Below, piece after piece: positions 38,144 through 48,915 of a DNA stretch of 64,000 bases (the stretch's first letter is position 1; every line of letters starts with the position of its first letter). The notes under the pieces were generated by a model. The model did no database searches and was not told where the DNA came from. It saw nothing but the letters and a program-made list of their open reading frames with translations. The DNA is from Aequorivita sp. (lineage in GTDB: Bacteria; Bacteroidota; Bacteroidia; Flavobacteriales; Flavobacteriaceae): positions 9,407 through 73,406 of the forward strand of contig JBLXDA010000007.1 in NCBI GenBank assembly GCA_048264505.1, written 5' to 3'. The position numbers and the translations under genes are program-made.

Positions 38144-41100
38144 TTATGCTTCTGAGGTATTCTTAATTATAGCTTGATAGAAAACATTTGGTTTTGTACC
38201 TACATTTTCTAACAGATGATACATACGTTTATCACCTTTTAACTTTAATACTTCAGAATCTTTATCATTTACATCCCCAAAGACCATAGCTCCAGTATCA
38301 CAAGCTCTTGAACAAGCTGTGTGGAACTCACCGTCTTTTATAGCTCTTCCATCGCGTTTAGCATCAAGAATTGTCTTTTGGGTCATTTGGATACACATAG
38401 AACATTTTTCCATAACTCCACGAGAACGCACTACCACATCTGGGTTTAGTACCATTCTACCAAGGTCATTGTTCATGTTGTAATCAAACTCATCATTTTC
38501 ATTGTACAAGAACCAGTTAAAACGACGCACTTTGTACGGACAGTTGTTTGCACAATAACGAGTTCCTACACAACGGTTATACGCCATATGGTTCTGACCC
38601 TGACGCCCGTGTGATGTTGCAGCAACAGGACAAACAGTCTCACAAGGAGCGTGATTACAATGTTGACACATTACAGGTTGGAATGCAACCTGAGGGTTTT
38701 CGTAAGAAGGTACTTCAACCGCTTTATACGAATCGAAAGTAGGAAGATTTTCAAGCATTTCTACTTCTTCTTTAAACGAATCGCCAGCAGAGTAATATCT
38801 ATCTATACGCAACCAGTGCATATCACGGAATTTTCTAACTTCTTCTTTACCTACAACAGGAACGTTATTTTCAGAATGACAAGCGATAACACAAGCACCA
38901 CATCCTGTACAAGAGTTCAAATCTATTGAAAGATTAAAGTGTGGTCCTACAGTCTCATCAAATGGATTCCAAATATCAGCATTTTCATCACGAACCGATA
39001 ATGGACTGTGATCATAATCTGTTACAGGAACTGCATTCCAGTGATCTTTTCCTTTAGTATTAAAAATCTCTAAGGTAGTTTCCTTAATAATATCTTCGCT
39101 ACGTCCAGCCATGGTACTTTGCAATTGTACACAAGCAAACTCGTGCATACCGCTGGCCTTTTCTATGCTTACTTTTTGAATGTTAGAGAAATTCTGGTAA
39201 AGCGCATAAGCGTTAACTCCTGTTTGCATTTCTTTCTGAATTGCAGCAGTCTTACCATATCCTAAAGCCAAACCTACAGACCCTTTAGCCTGTCCTGGCT
39301 GAATGATTACAGGAACTTTTTCAACAACTACATCTCCTAACTTCACATTTACATAACTTCCGTCTAATGCGCCATTAGCAACATGCTCATTAACTAAGCC
39401 CAATGCCTCTGCATCTGCTGCAGAAACAGTAAGGTAGTTATCCCAAGATGCTCTTGTAATAGGATCTGGCAATTCTTGCAACCAAGGGTTGTTTGCTTGT
39501 TGACCATCACCTAATCCTGTAGAAGTATACAAAGTAAGGTCGTAACCTCCTTCTTGTGCAAAAGAAGCTAAAGCACCGTTTGAAGTACTTTCTTCCATTA
39601 CACCAGCGCCTTCTGCAGCAGGAGCAACTTGCTCCATTACTACATCTGCACCACTAACAGTAAAACCGTCGTGAAGCGCCTTACTCCAAGAACCACCATC
39701 TAAAACTGAAGTAGTCCAAGTATCTTTTATGTAATCGTAATATTTTTGTGTGTTTCCAGTCCATAACAAGATAGCATCTTGAAACTGGCGTGTATCAAAT
39801 AAAGGACGTATAGTAGGCTGCGTTAAGCTGAACGTACCTTTTTTAATTTGAGTATCTCCCCAAGACTCTAAGTAATGTGGAGTTGCAGCAATCATTTTTG
39901 CTAAAGAAGCGGTAGCATCTTGCTTCATAGCAAAAGCTAAGCTCATTTCTAATTTCTTATACCCTTCAGCAAACTCCTTTGCATTTGGCAATGAGTATAC
40001 AGGGTCTACACCTACTGTAATTAACCCTTTTACACTTCCAGAAATTACACCGTTTACCACACTCATAACATCGGCACTACTACCTTGTCTTATTAGCAAT
40101 GGCTTGTTAACGTCTACAGCTTCACTATTTGCATTAAAGTTTAATGCTAACGTTTGCGAAGCAACATCTGGTAAGTTTGTAACTAGTAAAGCTTTGCTTC
40201 CAGCTTTTTGTAGCTGTGCTTTTGCTTTATTTACAGCATCAGCAATATTTTCAGGTAAACCTGAAGTACTACCACCTGTTAATGCTTTTAATATTTGTAA
40301 TTGTTGTGTTGGTGTTGCAGGCACACGCTTATCTGCCTTACCACCAGTTAAAGTTAAGTTTGCTTCAAACTGAATGTGGCGAGACATTTTTCCATTTTTA
40401 GGAACACGTCCCTGAGCATACGATTTACTATAGCTTCCACCTTGCCAATCTCCTAAGAAATCTGCTCCTACAGAAACAATTACTTCAGCTTTTGAAAAAT
40501 CGTAATCTGGTAAAGCACGCATTCCGTATTTATTCTGAAAAGCATCTAAGGCTCCAGAACAAGATACAGCATCGTACACTACGTGGCGTACATTAGGATA
40601 TTTTGTAGTAAATTCTGAAATTAATTTTGAAGTAGATGGACTCGCAAATGTCTGGGTAAGAAGTACAATATCCTTCTCTGCCATCTCATTCATTTTTTGA
40701 GCTACAGCAGCATCAAATTCTGACCAGCTCACTTCAGCGCCATCAAGCATTGGCCCTGTTAATCTATTTTTATCGTATAATGAAAGTACAGAAGCGTAAA
40801 CACGTGCATTTGCACTTCCGCCATTTTCTGCTAAATCATTTCTCTCTATTTTTATAGGACGACCTTCGCGTGTTTTTACCAATACATTGGCAAAATCAAA
40901 CCCATCCGCCATAGTTGAAGCGTAATAGTTTGCTATTCCAGGTACAATTTCATCTGGCTGAACAACATACGGAATAGACTTCACTACAGGACCTTCACAA
41001 GCAGCTAAAGTAGCCGCCGCAGTGGTAAAGCCCACGTATTTTAAGAAATCACGACGCGTAGTTGAAGAAGCTTCCAATGCTTCTTTATTGCCAAGAAACT

Positions 41101-41209
41101 CGTCTGTAGGTATTTCTGTTACAAACTCATTTTCTTGTAGCGCCTTCACAATTGTGCTGTCTTCTTTCAGCTCTTCAACACTTTTCCAGTATTTCTTGTT
41201 TGATGCCAT
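38144..41209 (-). CDS. actB: Alternative complex III subunit ActB (molybdopterin-oxidoreductase-like plus 4Fe-4S ferredoxin domains)
   Basis: 1021 aa with the twin-arginine signal TRRDFLKYVG. C-terminal FeS motifs CTGCGACVIACH, CQHCNHAPCETVCP and CVGTRYCANNCPY. Confidence 0.92.
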   Translation of the reverse strand: MASNKKYWKSVEELKEDSTIVKALQENEFVTEIPTDEFLGNKEALEASSTTRRDFLKYVGFTTAAATLAACEGPVVKSIPYVVQPDEIVPGIANYYASTMADGFDFANVLVKTREGRPIKIERNDLAENGGSANARVYASVLSLYDKNRLTGPMLDGAEVSWSEFDAAVAQKMNEMAEKDIVLLTQTFASPSTSKLISEFTTKYPNVRHVVYDAVSCSGALDAFQNKYGMRALPDYDFSKAEVIVSVGADFLGDWQGGSYSKSYAQGRVPKNGKMSRHIQFEANLTLTGGKADKRVPATPTQQLQILKALTGGSTSGLPENIADAVNKAKAQLQKAGSKALLVTNLPDVASQTLALNFNANSEAVDVNKPLLIRQGSSADVMSVVNGVISGSVKGLITVGVDPVYSLPNAKEFAEGYKKLEMSLAFAMKQDATASLAKMIAATPHYLESWGDTQIKKGTFSLTQPTIRPLFDTRQFQDAILLWTGNTQKYYDYIKDTWTTSVLDGGSWSKALHDGFTVSGADVVMEQVAPAAEGAGVMEESTSNGALASFAQEGGYDLTLYTSTGLGDGQQANNPWLQELPDPITRASWDNYLTVSAADAEALGLVNEHVANGALDGSYVNVKLGDVVVEKVPVIIQPGQAKGSVGLALGYGKTAAIQKEMQTGVNAYALYQNFSNIQKVSIEKASGMHEFACVQLQSTMAGRSEDIIKETTLEIFNTKGKDHWNAVPVTDYDHSPLSVRDENADIWNPFDETVGPHFNLSIDLNSCTGCGACVIACHSENNVPVVGKEEVRKFRDMHWLRIDRYYSAGDSFKEEVEMLENLPTFDSYKAVEVPSYENPQVAFQPVMCQHCNHAPCETVCPVAATSHGRQGQNHMAYNRCVGTRYCANNCPYKVRRFNWFLYNENDEFDYNMNNDLGRMVLNPDVVVRSRGVMEKCSMCIQMTQKTILDAKRDGRAIKDGEFHTACSRACDTGAMVFGDVNDKDSEVLKLKGDKRMYHLLENVGTKPNVFYQAIIKNTSEA

Positions 41210-41380
41210 ATTGATTATTTACGATTTTTGATGTACGATTTTAAATTTTTATAATTTTCTTGATTTACTCCTGTTAACCTAAATTAATTCAATCGTAAAT
41301 CGTATATCGCAATTCTAAAATTTTAATTAGTATTTGATTAATTCTTTTTGAATGCTTCTTTAACTTTTAAAGAAATATTC

Positions 41381-42685
41381 TTAATAATGACATTTTCCAC
41401 ATTCCAATCCACCTAATTCGGCGATTGTTAACTTCTCAACACCGTATTTTTTTGAAAGCTCTTCGTGTATCTTGGCGTAATACTCATTGTTCTCCAAGTC
41501 TACATTAGTCTCTCTGTGACAGTTAATACACCATCCCATTGTAAGTGGCGCAAACTGTTCTACAATTTCCATTTCCTGAACTTCACCGTGACAAGTCTGG
41601 CAAGCAACACCTGCAACAGTTACGTGTTGTGAGTGGTTAAAGTATGCGAAATCTGGCAAGTTGTGGATGCGAACCCATTTAACAGGCTCTGTTTTACCAG
41701 TGTACTGTTGGTTATCGGCATCCCAGCCAACGGCTTTGTATAATTTTGCGATTTCACCGTCGTAAAATTCTTTAGAGTGATCTGCAGTTGCAGTTTCTGG
41801 CGCAACTTCAGAGATGTTTTTATGACAATTCATACAAACATTAAGTGATGGAATTCCCGAAGTCTTACTCTTTCTAGCAGAGCTATGACAGAAATTACAA
41901 TCTATCTGGTTATCGCCAGCGTGTATTTTATGCGAAAAATGTATTGGTTGTACTGGAGCGTATCCTTGATCAACACCTACCTGCATTAAATAACCATAAG
42001 CTAAATACCCTGCACTAAGCATTAAGAATATTGAAAACACCAATACTAAAAATTGATTCTCAATAAATGCCTTCCAAAGCGGAGTGCGTTTTTCTTTCTC
42101 TTCGTAAACTACGCCATTTGCTTCAGCAATTTTCTTAAGTGTGTTTGTTACCAAGTAAAGCATAATAACTAACAACAAGAATATAAGTGCTAATGCCGCT
42201 ATCACTAAAGTATTAGAAACCGAACCGCCATCTGTAGAAGCAGGCCCCGTTTCAGGACCAACAGCAACAGTAGGCTCAGGCTTAGGCTGACTTGTATACG
42301 CTAGTAAATTATCTATATCTGTTTCAGAAAGCGCAGGGAAAGAAGTCATCACAGACTTATTGTTTTCTTCAAACAACTTAACTGCTAATGCATCGCCAGA
42401 AGCTATTAGACCTTGACTGTTCTTAATCCATTTGCCAAGCCAAGCACGATCATACTTTTCTGCAACTCCTCTAAGTGCAGGACCTACAGCTTTTTTGTCT
42501 AGCTTGTGACAAGCCGCACAGTTTGCTTTAAAGAGAGATTCACCAGCAGCAACATCTCCTCCAGTACTAACAGCAGCATCTGCTGGAGCATCTTGCGAAT
42601 AAAGAGTCGTCGAAAAAGTTAGTAAAAACACTAACAAAAGAAGTGGCAATTTTGAGCGGAGATGTATAAAATTCACCTTTTTCAT
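41381..42685 (-). CDS. actA: Alternative complex III multiheme cytochrome ActA with extra N-terminal monoheme domain
   Basis: 434 aa with six CxxCH sites: CAACH, CNFCH, CMNCH, CQTCH, CINCH and CGKCH. Also a signal peptide and two internal TM helices. Confidence 0.9.
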   Translation of the reverse strand: MKKVNFIHLRSKLPLLLLVFLLTFSTTLYSQDAPADAAVSTGGDVAAGESLFKANCAACHKLDKKAVGPALRGVAEKYDRAWLGKWIKNSQGLIASGDALAVKLFEENNKSVMTSFPALSETDIDNLLAYTSQPKPEPTVAVGPETGPASTDGGSVSNTLVIAALALIFLLLVIMLYLVTNTLKKIAEANGVVYEEKEKRTPLWKAFIENQFLVLVFSIFLMLSAGYLAYGYLMQVGVDQGYAPVQPIHFSHKIHAGDNQIDCNFCHSSARKSKTSGIPSLNVCMNCHKNISEVAPETATADHSKEFYDGEIAKLYKAVGWDADNQQYTGKTEPVKWVRIHNLPDFAYFNHSQHVTVAGVACQTCHGEVQEMEIVEQFAPLTMGWCINCHRETNVDLENNEYYAKIHEELSKKYGVEKLTIAELGGLECGKCHY

Positions 42686-42975
42686 CTATTGATTATATTG
42701 TTTTTTAGTTGATCTGTAAAATTCGCTTTAAAATCATTCCGAAAAATCTCGAAACTCATTGGTATGCTTATTTTAGTACTAATAATTATTTTATCTTCGA
42801 TGGTTTGGTACAGAATTAGTTACGTAAAAATGCTAATTAAAACACTAATCAAGTACCCAAATAAAGCCACAAAAGTACATTATTAAGTCGATTTTGAAAA
42901 TGCAAATAAAGTGTTAACTATTAATTTATATTAGTTCTAAATAATAAATTGCAGCTTCACAATGTTATTAAGTTT

Positions 42976-42983
42976 TACCTTTG
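42976..42983 (+). promoter_or_regulatory. Candidate -7 promoter box TACCTTTG for the SPOR gene
   Basis: Matches TAnnTTTG 18 nt upstream of the ATG at 43002. Confidence 0.45.
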
Positions 42984-43001
42984 CACAAAAGAAACAGAAC
43001 T

Positions 43002-43397
43002 ATGAATTCAAAAACATTTTCCAAAACAGTAGTAGCCAGCGTATTAATAAGTTTTCTTAGCATTAATAGCTTCGCACAAAGTGCAACTGTGACTGTAAAT
43101 GTAGATTCAAAAATAAATGAACTACTAGATTTGAAGAAAGATTTGGAAAAGGAAAATAAACTTTCAGACGGTTACACCATTCAATTGTATTATGGCGAAC
43201 TTAATAAAGCAAACCAAATATTGCGTAAGTACAAAACAACTTATGGCAATTGGCCAGCTTCAATAGAATACGAAACTCCTAATTACAAAGTTTGGGCTGG
43301 AAACTTCTCTAGCCGAATAGAAGCAGACAGAGCGCTTATTGAAATTCAAAAAAACTTTTCATCAGCTTTTATCCTAAAACCTGAACGCAGAAAATAA
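43002..43397 (+). CDS. SPOR domain-containing secreted protein
   Basis: Signal peptide MNSKTFSKTVVASVLISFLSINSFAQS and a C-terminal SPOR-like domain (YKVWAGNFSSRIEADRAL). The track start (TTG at 42981) lies inside the predicted -7 box, so the ATG at 43002 is preferred. Confidence 0.78.
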   Translation: MNSKTFSKTVVASVLISFLSINSFAQSATVTVNVDSKINELLDLKKDLEKENKLSDGYTIQLYYGELNKANQILRKYKTTYGNWPASIEYETPNYKVWAGNFSSRIEADRALIEIQKNFSSAFILKPERRK

Positions 43398-43398
43398 A

Positions 43399-45906
43399 TT
43401 ATCTTTTAGTATTTCTGGAGCTTGCAAAGGCAGCTCGGTTCATTTTTTCGTTTTTGTATATAGAGCCTAGCTCCTGCTTCTTTGTTGCACCGCCAAACCA
43501 ATTTTTCACCCTGTTGTAATCTAAGTAATAATTCAACCTTAAGGAAAGGCTGTTAAGCTGCGGTTCTTCAAATAAGTTTGAAAAATTGTTAGACAAATTA
43601 ACACGTGATTGCTCCACATAGCTATCCATAGTATTTCTGTAAAGCAATGTAAGCTGACTCCCTGGAGCAAACCACCAAGAAAAACGCAGGTCTATATTCC
43701 AGTTGTTATAGGTAGCGTTTTTATTTTCGTTGAAAATTGTGTTTTCTAGTAACTCACCATCATCTTGTAGAGTTAAAAACCGACTGTATTCCACTTCCGA
43801 ATAGTAATGGCGGAAAGACAAATTAAGCGCCATTTTATTGTTGAAAATATATTGCGACTCTAATGAATTTACAATGGTATTTCTGTCGCGTTGCCCAAAA
43901 ATAATGGCATCGTCATCAAAACTCACAAAGCCTTCCTCTTTATCTGAAAGGCTAACATTAGTATTTAAATACACTTTAAACTTATCTGAAACTCTGTACT
44001 GTGGACCAAACTGAAGTATTAATGTACCACGTCCTTTTTCGTTGTATTTATACCAATCTACAGTACCGTCAAAGGCTAGTTTTTTTCTGTAATCTGTAGA
44101 AAACCAACCCCAAACATCGTAATAATCTGGCACTTTAACATACCTGCCTTCTTCTCTGGGTTCGTAAATATCATTTGTGCCGAAAGGAGTCATTTCAAAC
44201 CCACCGCCAAAACCCAAAAACTCCTTGGTAGTAAAGCTTGAATTAAAATTAAAGTTGAAATTACTGTAAAGATCTGTTTTAAGCCTACGGGTATAATTTA
44301 AATTGAAATTTAAATACATATTGTTTAAAAACCCTTTAGGCTGAAGATACCTATAGCCGTAATACCCGTAATAATTTATAAAATTTGTTTCACTAGAATA
44401 CCCAAGGTCATTTATATCATAATCTAAGGTTCTAAAATTAATTTCGCCAGACAATCGATGCTTTCCGCTTATTTTTGAAACACCCGCTCTTCCTTCCATT
44501 CCAAACTTTGAATCATCTTCAGAAACATAACTTCCTTCGGCGTTTGCATAATATTTATAAGTGTTTTCTTTATTGGTAACATCCATATAAAGTCCAGTAA
44601 CATTGGCGTCTCTAAAATCGCCTTCGCGAATTACATTTGTGTTTACAAAAGAAACCGAAGAATTATCGCCAAAGCGTTTGTCAAAAACCAAAACGTTGTA
44701 ATTAGCTAAGGGCTCAACTAGTTCTTTTCTTGTTTCGTTTGTTTCGGTGTTTTTAACTGTGGCAAAGGTTCTTTCGGTAAGGGCATTAAACACTCCAATA
44801 CCAAGGTTAGCATCTGTTCTACCCGAAATTTTAAAGGCGTTTATTAAATCTACTGAAGCTGGACTTTCTGTTACTTCTTCATCGTCTAAAAGATTAGGAC
44901 TTCTGGAAGGATAGCCTCCTACTCTTCGCGAGTAAAACAAATCACCTTTTGTAAAAAGCTCTGTTCCTTCAGTAAAAAAGGGTCTGTTCTCTTCGTATTG
45001 CACTTCAAAAGCTGAGAGGTTTAATACTTCAGCATCAAATTTTGACTGACCAAAATCTGGAATTAAAATCATATCTAAGGTAAAAGCGTCATTAATACCG
45101 TATTTAATATCCATACCACCGTTAACAATTGTTTCGGTATTGCCGTCATAATTATTTACATAAGTAGAAATATAGGGTTGAAACGAAAGACGTGTAGGTG
45201 ATTGAATGTTTTCTATCCCGTGTATTTCTCCATCATAAATAGAGAAAGCACCTTTTTTATTGTCTATAGGGCTCCAAGAATAGCGGGTTCTAGCTCTTCT
45301 AAATTCGCGTTCCATATTCAGCCCCCATTCCTGGACATTTTTATTTGGGAATCGCACTTCAGAATAAGGAATAAATATCTCTGCCACCCAGCCAGTATTG
45401 GTAATTTGCACGGCGCTGTACCAGATTCCGTTCCACGAACTGTCTTCATTTTCGTTAGTCATCTTGGCGTCGTATTGCACTCCTGCTGCAGTGACAATAA
45501 ACTGTAAACTTTGCTGCCTATCGTTATAACCATTTAAGAGAATAAAGAAAAAATCGTCATTGCCTATACCATCTCTCTCTGTGAGTTCTTTTAAAATTTC
45601 ATCTGGATTTGGGTCATTCATCGTCGCCCCAAAGTAAATCCCCAAGTTGTCGTAAACAATCTTAACCTCTGTACGTAAGCTGTCTGGTATAGGTCTTCCG
45701 TTGTTGGGTTGGCGTTCTACAAAATCTGTAGCAATAGGCGCATTTTGCCAAGCGGCATCGTTTAGAACACCGTCAATTTTTGGAGCTTCAGTAATTCTAG
45801 GAATGTCAATCTTTTTCCTGGGAATACTATCTGTAGTTTGTGATAAAGACACGGCTCCTATAAAAAGGAACACAATGACAAAACAACTCTTTATATTGAA
45901 ATTCAT
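43399..45906 (-). CDS. DUF5916 / CBM9-like domain outer-membrane-associated protein
   Basis: 835 aa with a signal peptide. The N-terminal PKIDGVLNDAAWQNAP motif is typical of the CBM9-like/DUF5916 family. The C-terminal half is beta-strand rich. Confidence 0.65.
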   Translation of the reverse strand: MNFNIKSCFVIVFLFIGAVSLSQTTDSIPRKKIDIPRITEAPKIDGVLNDAAWQNAPIATDFVERQPNNGRPIPDSLRTEVKIVYDNLGIYFGATMNDPNPDEILKELTERDGIGNDDFFFILLNGYNDRQQSLQFIVTAAGVQYDAKMTNENEDSSWNGIWYSAVQITNTGWVAEIFIPYSEVRFPNKNVQEWGLNMEREFRRARTRYSWSPIDNKKGAFSIYDGEIHGIENIQSPTRLSFQPYISTYVNNYDGNTETIVNGGMDIKYGINDAFTLDMILIPDFGQSKFDAEVLNLSAFEVQYEENRPFFTEGTELFTKGDLFYSRRVGGYPSRSPNLLDDEEVTESPASVDLINAFKISGRTDANLGIGVFNALTERTFATVKNTETNETRKELVEPLANYNVLVFDKRFGDNSSVSFVNTNVIREGDFRDANVTGLYMDVTNKENTYKYYANAEGSYVSEDDSKFGMEGRAGVSKISGKHRLSGEINFRTLDYDINDLGYSSETNFINYYGYYGYRYLQPKGFLNNMYLNFNLNYTRRLKTDLYSNFNFNFNSSFTTKEFLGFGGGFEMTPFGTNDIYEPREEGRYVKVPDYYDVWGWFSTDYRKKLAFDGTVDWYKYNEKGRGTLILQFGPQYRVSDKFKVYLNTNVSLSDKEEGFVSFDDDAIIFGQRDRNTIVNSLESQYIFNNKMALNLSFRHYYSEVEYSRFLTLQDDGELLENTIFNENKNATYNNWNIDLRFSWWFAPGSQLTLLYRNTMDSYVEQSRVNLSNNFSNLFEEPQLNSLSLRLNYYLDYNRVKNWFGGATKKQELGSIYKNEKMNRAAFASSRNTKR

Positions 45907-45980
45907 TTGGCATAGTTTCTATAAAAGACACCCATCGAGAAACAATGTTACACCAAATGACATAAAAATGATAATTACAC

Positions 45981-46020
45981 AAAAAAAAACGACCTAAAAG
46001 ATTGTCTTTTAGGTCGTTTT
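45981..46020 (-). terminator. Rho-independent terminator after infB
   Basis: 14 bp stem aaacgacctaaaag/cttttaggtcgttt, 5 nt loop, U-run on the minus strand (plus-strand A-run 45981-45986). Confidence 0.85.
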
Positions 46021-46042
46021 AAAAAATTAATATGTTGTACTG

Positions 46043-48856
46043 TTATTTCAACTTTTTCTTAACAGCTACTTCTTGGAACGCTTCAATTACATCGCCTTCA
46101 TATATGTCGTTGTAATTTTTAACTTGAATACCACAATCGTATCCTTTTGAAACTTCTTTAACATCGTCTTTAAAACGTTTTAATGAAGCCAGCTCTCCAG
46201 TATAAACTACCACACCTTCACGGATTAAACGAATACCAGAGTTTCTAAATATTTTTCCGTTCATAACCATACATCCGGCAATGGTACCAACTTTAGAAAT
46301 CTTAAATGTCTCTCTAATCTCAGCTGTACCAGTAATTTCTTCTTTCATTTCTGGCGAAAGCATACCTTCCATCGCATCTTTTACGTCGTTTATAGCAGCG
46401 TAAATGATTGAGTAAGTACGGATATCTATTTCTTCCTTATCTGCAATTTGGCGTGCGTTACCCATTGGGCGAACGTTAAAGCCTATAATAATTGCATCTG
46501 AAGCTGAAGCAAGCAACACATCACTTTCAGTAATAGGTCCTACCGCTTTATGGATAATATTTACTTGAATTTCTTCAGTAGAAAGTTTTAATAATGAATC
46601 TGTCAACGCCTCTACAGAACCATCAACATCACCTTTAAGGATAATGTTTAATTCTTTAAAGTCGCCAAGTGCAATACGTCTTCCAATTTCATCAAGAGTA
46701 ATATGACGTTGAGTTCTTACAGACTGCTCACGCTGAAGTTGTGTACGTTTAGTAGCAATTGTTTTTGCTTCGCGTTCATCATCAAACACGTTAAACTTAT
46801 CACCTGCTTGTGGTGCACCGTCTAAACCTAATACAGATACAGGTGTTGATGGGCCAGCAGTAACAACGTTTTTACCACGTTCGTCTTGCATTGCTTTAAC
46901 CTTACCTGAATGTTGTCCTGCAAGCACATAATCTCCAACCTTTAAGGTTCCACCTTGCACCAATACCGTTGAAACATATCCACGACCTTTGTCTAGGAAT
47001 GCTTCTACTACTGTACCGTTAGCTTGGCGGTTAGGGTTTGCTGTAAGTTCAAGTAATTCTGCTTCAAGCAATACTTTTTCTAGTAATTCTTTTACACCAT
47101 CTCCAGTTTTTGCTGAAATATCGTGCGATTGTATTTTTCCACCCCAGTCTTCAACCAAAAGGTTCATACTTGCTAATCCTTCTTTTATCTTATCTGGATT
47201 TGCATTGGGTTTATCTATTTTGTTGATTGCAAAAACTATTGGCACACCTGCAGCTTGTGCGTGGCTAATAGCTTCCTTAGTTTGAGGCATAATATCATCA
47301 TCTGCCGCAACTACAATAATTGCAAGGTCGGTTACTTGAGCTCCACGAGCACGCATTGCGGTAAACGCTTCGTGACCTGGAGTATCTAAGAATGCAATTT
47401 TCTGACCGTTATCTAGTTCAACACCATAAGCACCTATATGCTGAGTTATCCCTCCAGACTCACCTGCAATTACATTTTCCTTACGGATGTAATCTAGCAA
47501 CGAAGTTTTACCGTGATCTACGTGTCCCATTACAGTAACAATAGGCGCACGAGGTTTAAGATCTTCTGGAGCATCTTCTTCACGCTCTATAGATTCTTCT
47601 AAATCTGCATTTACAAACTCTACTTCATAACCAAATTCGTCTGCAACTATACTTAAAGTTTCGGCATCTAGACGTTGGTTCATCGTTACCATCATTCCAA
47701 GACTCATACAAGCCGAAATAATTTTAGTAACTGGCACATCCATCATCGTTGCCATTTCGTTTGCGGTAACAAACTCTGTAACTTTAATCAACTTGCTTTC
47801 TGCTTCTTGTTGTGCTAGTTCATCTTCAGATTTTTGACGGTGGGTATCACGTTTCTCACGACGATACTTAGCCCCTTTTCCTTTAGATGATTTCCCTTGA
47901 AGTTTTTCTAGGGTTTCACGTACTTGTTTTTGTACTTCTTCCTCGCTAGGCTCTTCTTTAGGTGTATTTGCACGTGCTTTTCTTCCAGGACCGCGATTGT
48001 CTCTAAAGTTATTTCCTCCACTTTTAGGAGTTTCTTTACTTATACGACGACGTTTTCCTTTTTTATCTTTATTAGCGTCTGCTTTTGGATCTTTTTTCTT
48101 CTCAGGCTTTTTAAACTTAGTAAGATCAATTTTTTGACCTGTAAAATTAGGGCCATCAAGCTTGCGGTATTGTGTAGTTACCGTACCATTATCTACCGGA
48201 ATATCATCTTTTGGCTTTTCTGCCTTAGCAGGAGTAGCTTCTTTCTTTTCAGCTACAGGTTTTGCCGTTTCTTTAGCATCTTCTTTGGCAGGAGTTTCAG
48301 GTTTTGTAGTTTCTTTTTCTACAACTTTTTCTTCCTGAACAGGAGCAGTTTCTTTTTCTACTTTCTCCTCTTTACCCTCTTCAGGTGTTTCAGCAACAAC
48401 CTCAGGTTTTTCGACTACAACTTCAGGAGCCTTTTCTTCTTGCTTAGGTTCTGCAACAACTGGTTTTTCTTCAGCTTTAGGGGCTTCTTTTTTAGTTTTA
48501 CCAGCATCTAGGTCTATTTTACCTACTTGCTTAGGACCGTCAAGTTTAGCCTCTGCTTTTATAACACGCGAAGCTTCTTCTTTTTTCTGCTTAACTTCAA
48601 GTTCGCGTTCGCGTTCTAAACGCAATTCTTCTTTCTCTTTGCGTTTTTCCTCACCAACTTCTTTAGAAGCTACTTTTTTACTTTTGTCGGTCTCAAACTC
48701 TTCAAAAAGAACTTTGTATTCTTCATTGGAAATTTTAGTGGTGGGACGCGCTTCTACTTCGTGACCGTGATCCTTTAAAAATTCCACAGCACGATCTAAC
48801 GAAATATTAAATTCGCGCAATACTTTGTTTAGCCTTATCGATTTTTCTTCAGCCAT
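46043..48856 (-). CDS. infB: Translation initiation factor IF-2
   Basis: 937 aa with a K/E/P-rich N-terminal region and the G-domain motifs [17 protein letters not shown] and NKIDK. Confidence 0.97.
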   Translation of the reverse strand: MAEEKSIRLNKVLREFNISLDRAVEFLKDHGHEVEARPTTKISNEEYKVLFEEFETDKSKKVASKEVGEEKRKEKEELRLERERELEVKQKKEEASRVIKAEAKLDGPKQVGKIDLDAGKTKKEAPKAEEKPVVAEPKQEEKAPEVVVEKPEVVAETPEEGKEEKVEKETAPVQEEKVVEKETTKPETPAKEDAKETAKPVAEKKEATPAKAEKPKDDIPVDNGTVTTQYRKLDGPNFTGQKIDLTKFKKPEKKKDPKADANKDKKGKRRRISKETPKSGGNNFRDNRGPGRKARANTPKEEPSEEEVQKQVRETLEKLQGKSSKGKGAKYRREKRDTHRQKSEDELAQQEAESKLIKVTEFVTANEMATMMDVPVTKIISACMSLGMMVTMNQRLDAETLSIVADEFGYEVEFVNADLEESIEREEDAPEDLKPRAPIVTVMGHVDHGKTSLLDYIRKENVIAGESGGITQHIGAYGVELDNGQKIAFLDTPGHEAFTAMRARGAQVTDLAIIVVAADDDIMPQTKEAISHAQAAGVPIVFAINKIDKPNANPDKIKEGLASMNLLVEDWGGKIQSHDISAKTGDGVKELLEKVLLEAELLELTANPNRQANGTVVEAFLDKGRGYVSTVLVQGGTLKVGDYVLAGQHSGKVKAMQDERGKNVVTAGPSTPVSVLGLDGAPQAGDKFNVFDDEREAKTIATKRTQLQREQSVRTQRHITLDEIGRRIALGDFKELNIILKGDVDGSVEALTDSLLKLSTEEIQVNIIHKAVGPITESDVLLASASDAIIIGFNVRPMGNARQIADKEEIDIRTYSIIYAAINDVKDAMEGMLSPEMKEEITGTAEIRETFKISKVGTIAGCMVMNGKIFRNSGIRLIREGVVVYTGELASLKRFKDDVKEVSKGYDCGIQVKNYNDIYEGDVIEAFQEVAVKKKLK

Positions 48857-48915
48857 AAATGCTTTTTCCTAATTTGTCTTTTTAAAAAATTTGGATAAAT
48901 GTAGTCAAGTTTCAA

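Noticed and set aside
42981-43001. Track start (TTG at 42981) for the SPOR gene, and track start (35842) for actE.
   Set aside because: The downstream ATGs (43002 and 35818) give canonical signal and lipoprotein peptides. They also avoid overlap with the predicted -7 box and the actD coding region respectively. The longer forms are therefore considered unlikely.
47924-48511. A 195 aa plus-strand ORF rich in Phe/Ser/Arg, antisense to the infB N-terminal region.
   Set aside because: It is the mirror frame of the K/E/P-rich repetitive IF-2 N-terminus, so its low-complexity composition is a by-product of the sense gene. The same applies to other plus-strand track ORFs inside minus-strand genes, e.g. 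808-1008, 1562-1870, 24018-24434, 25951-26448, 26536-26892, 45202-45507, 49757-50275, 50226-50531 and 58234-58539.
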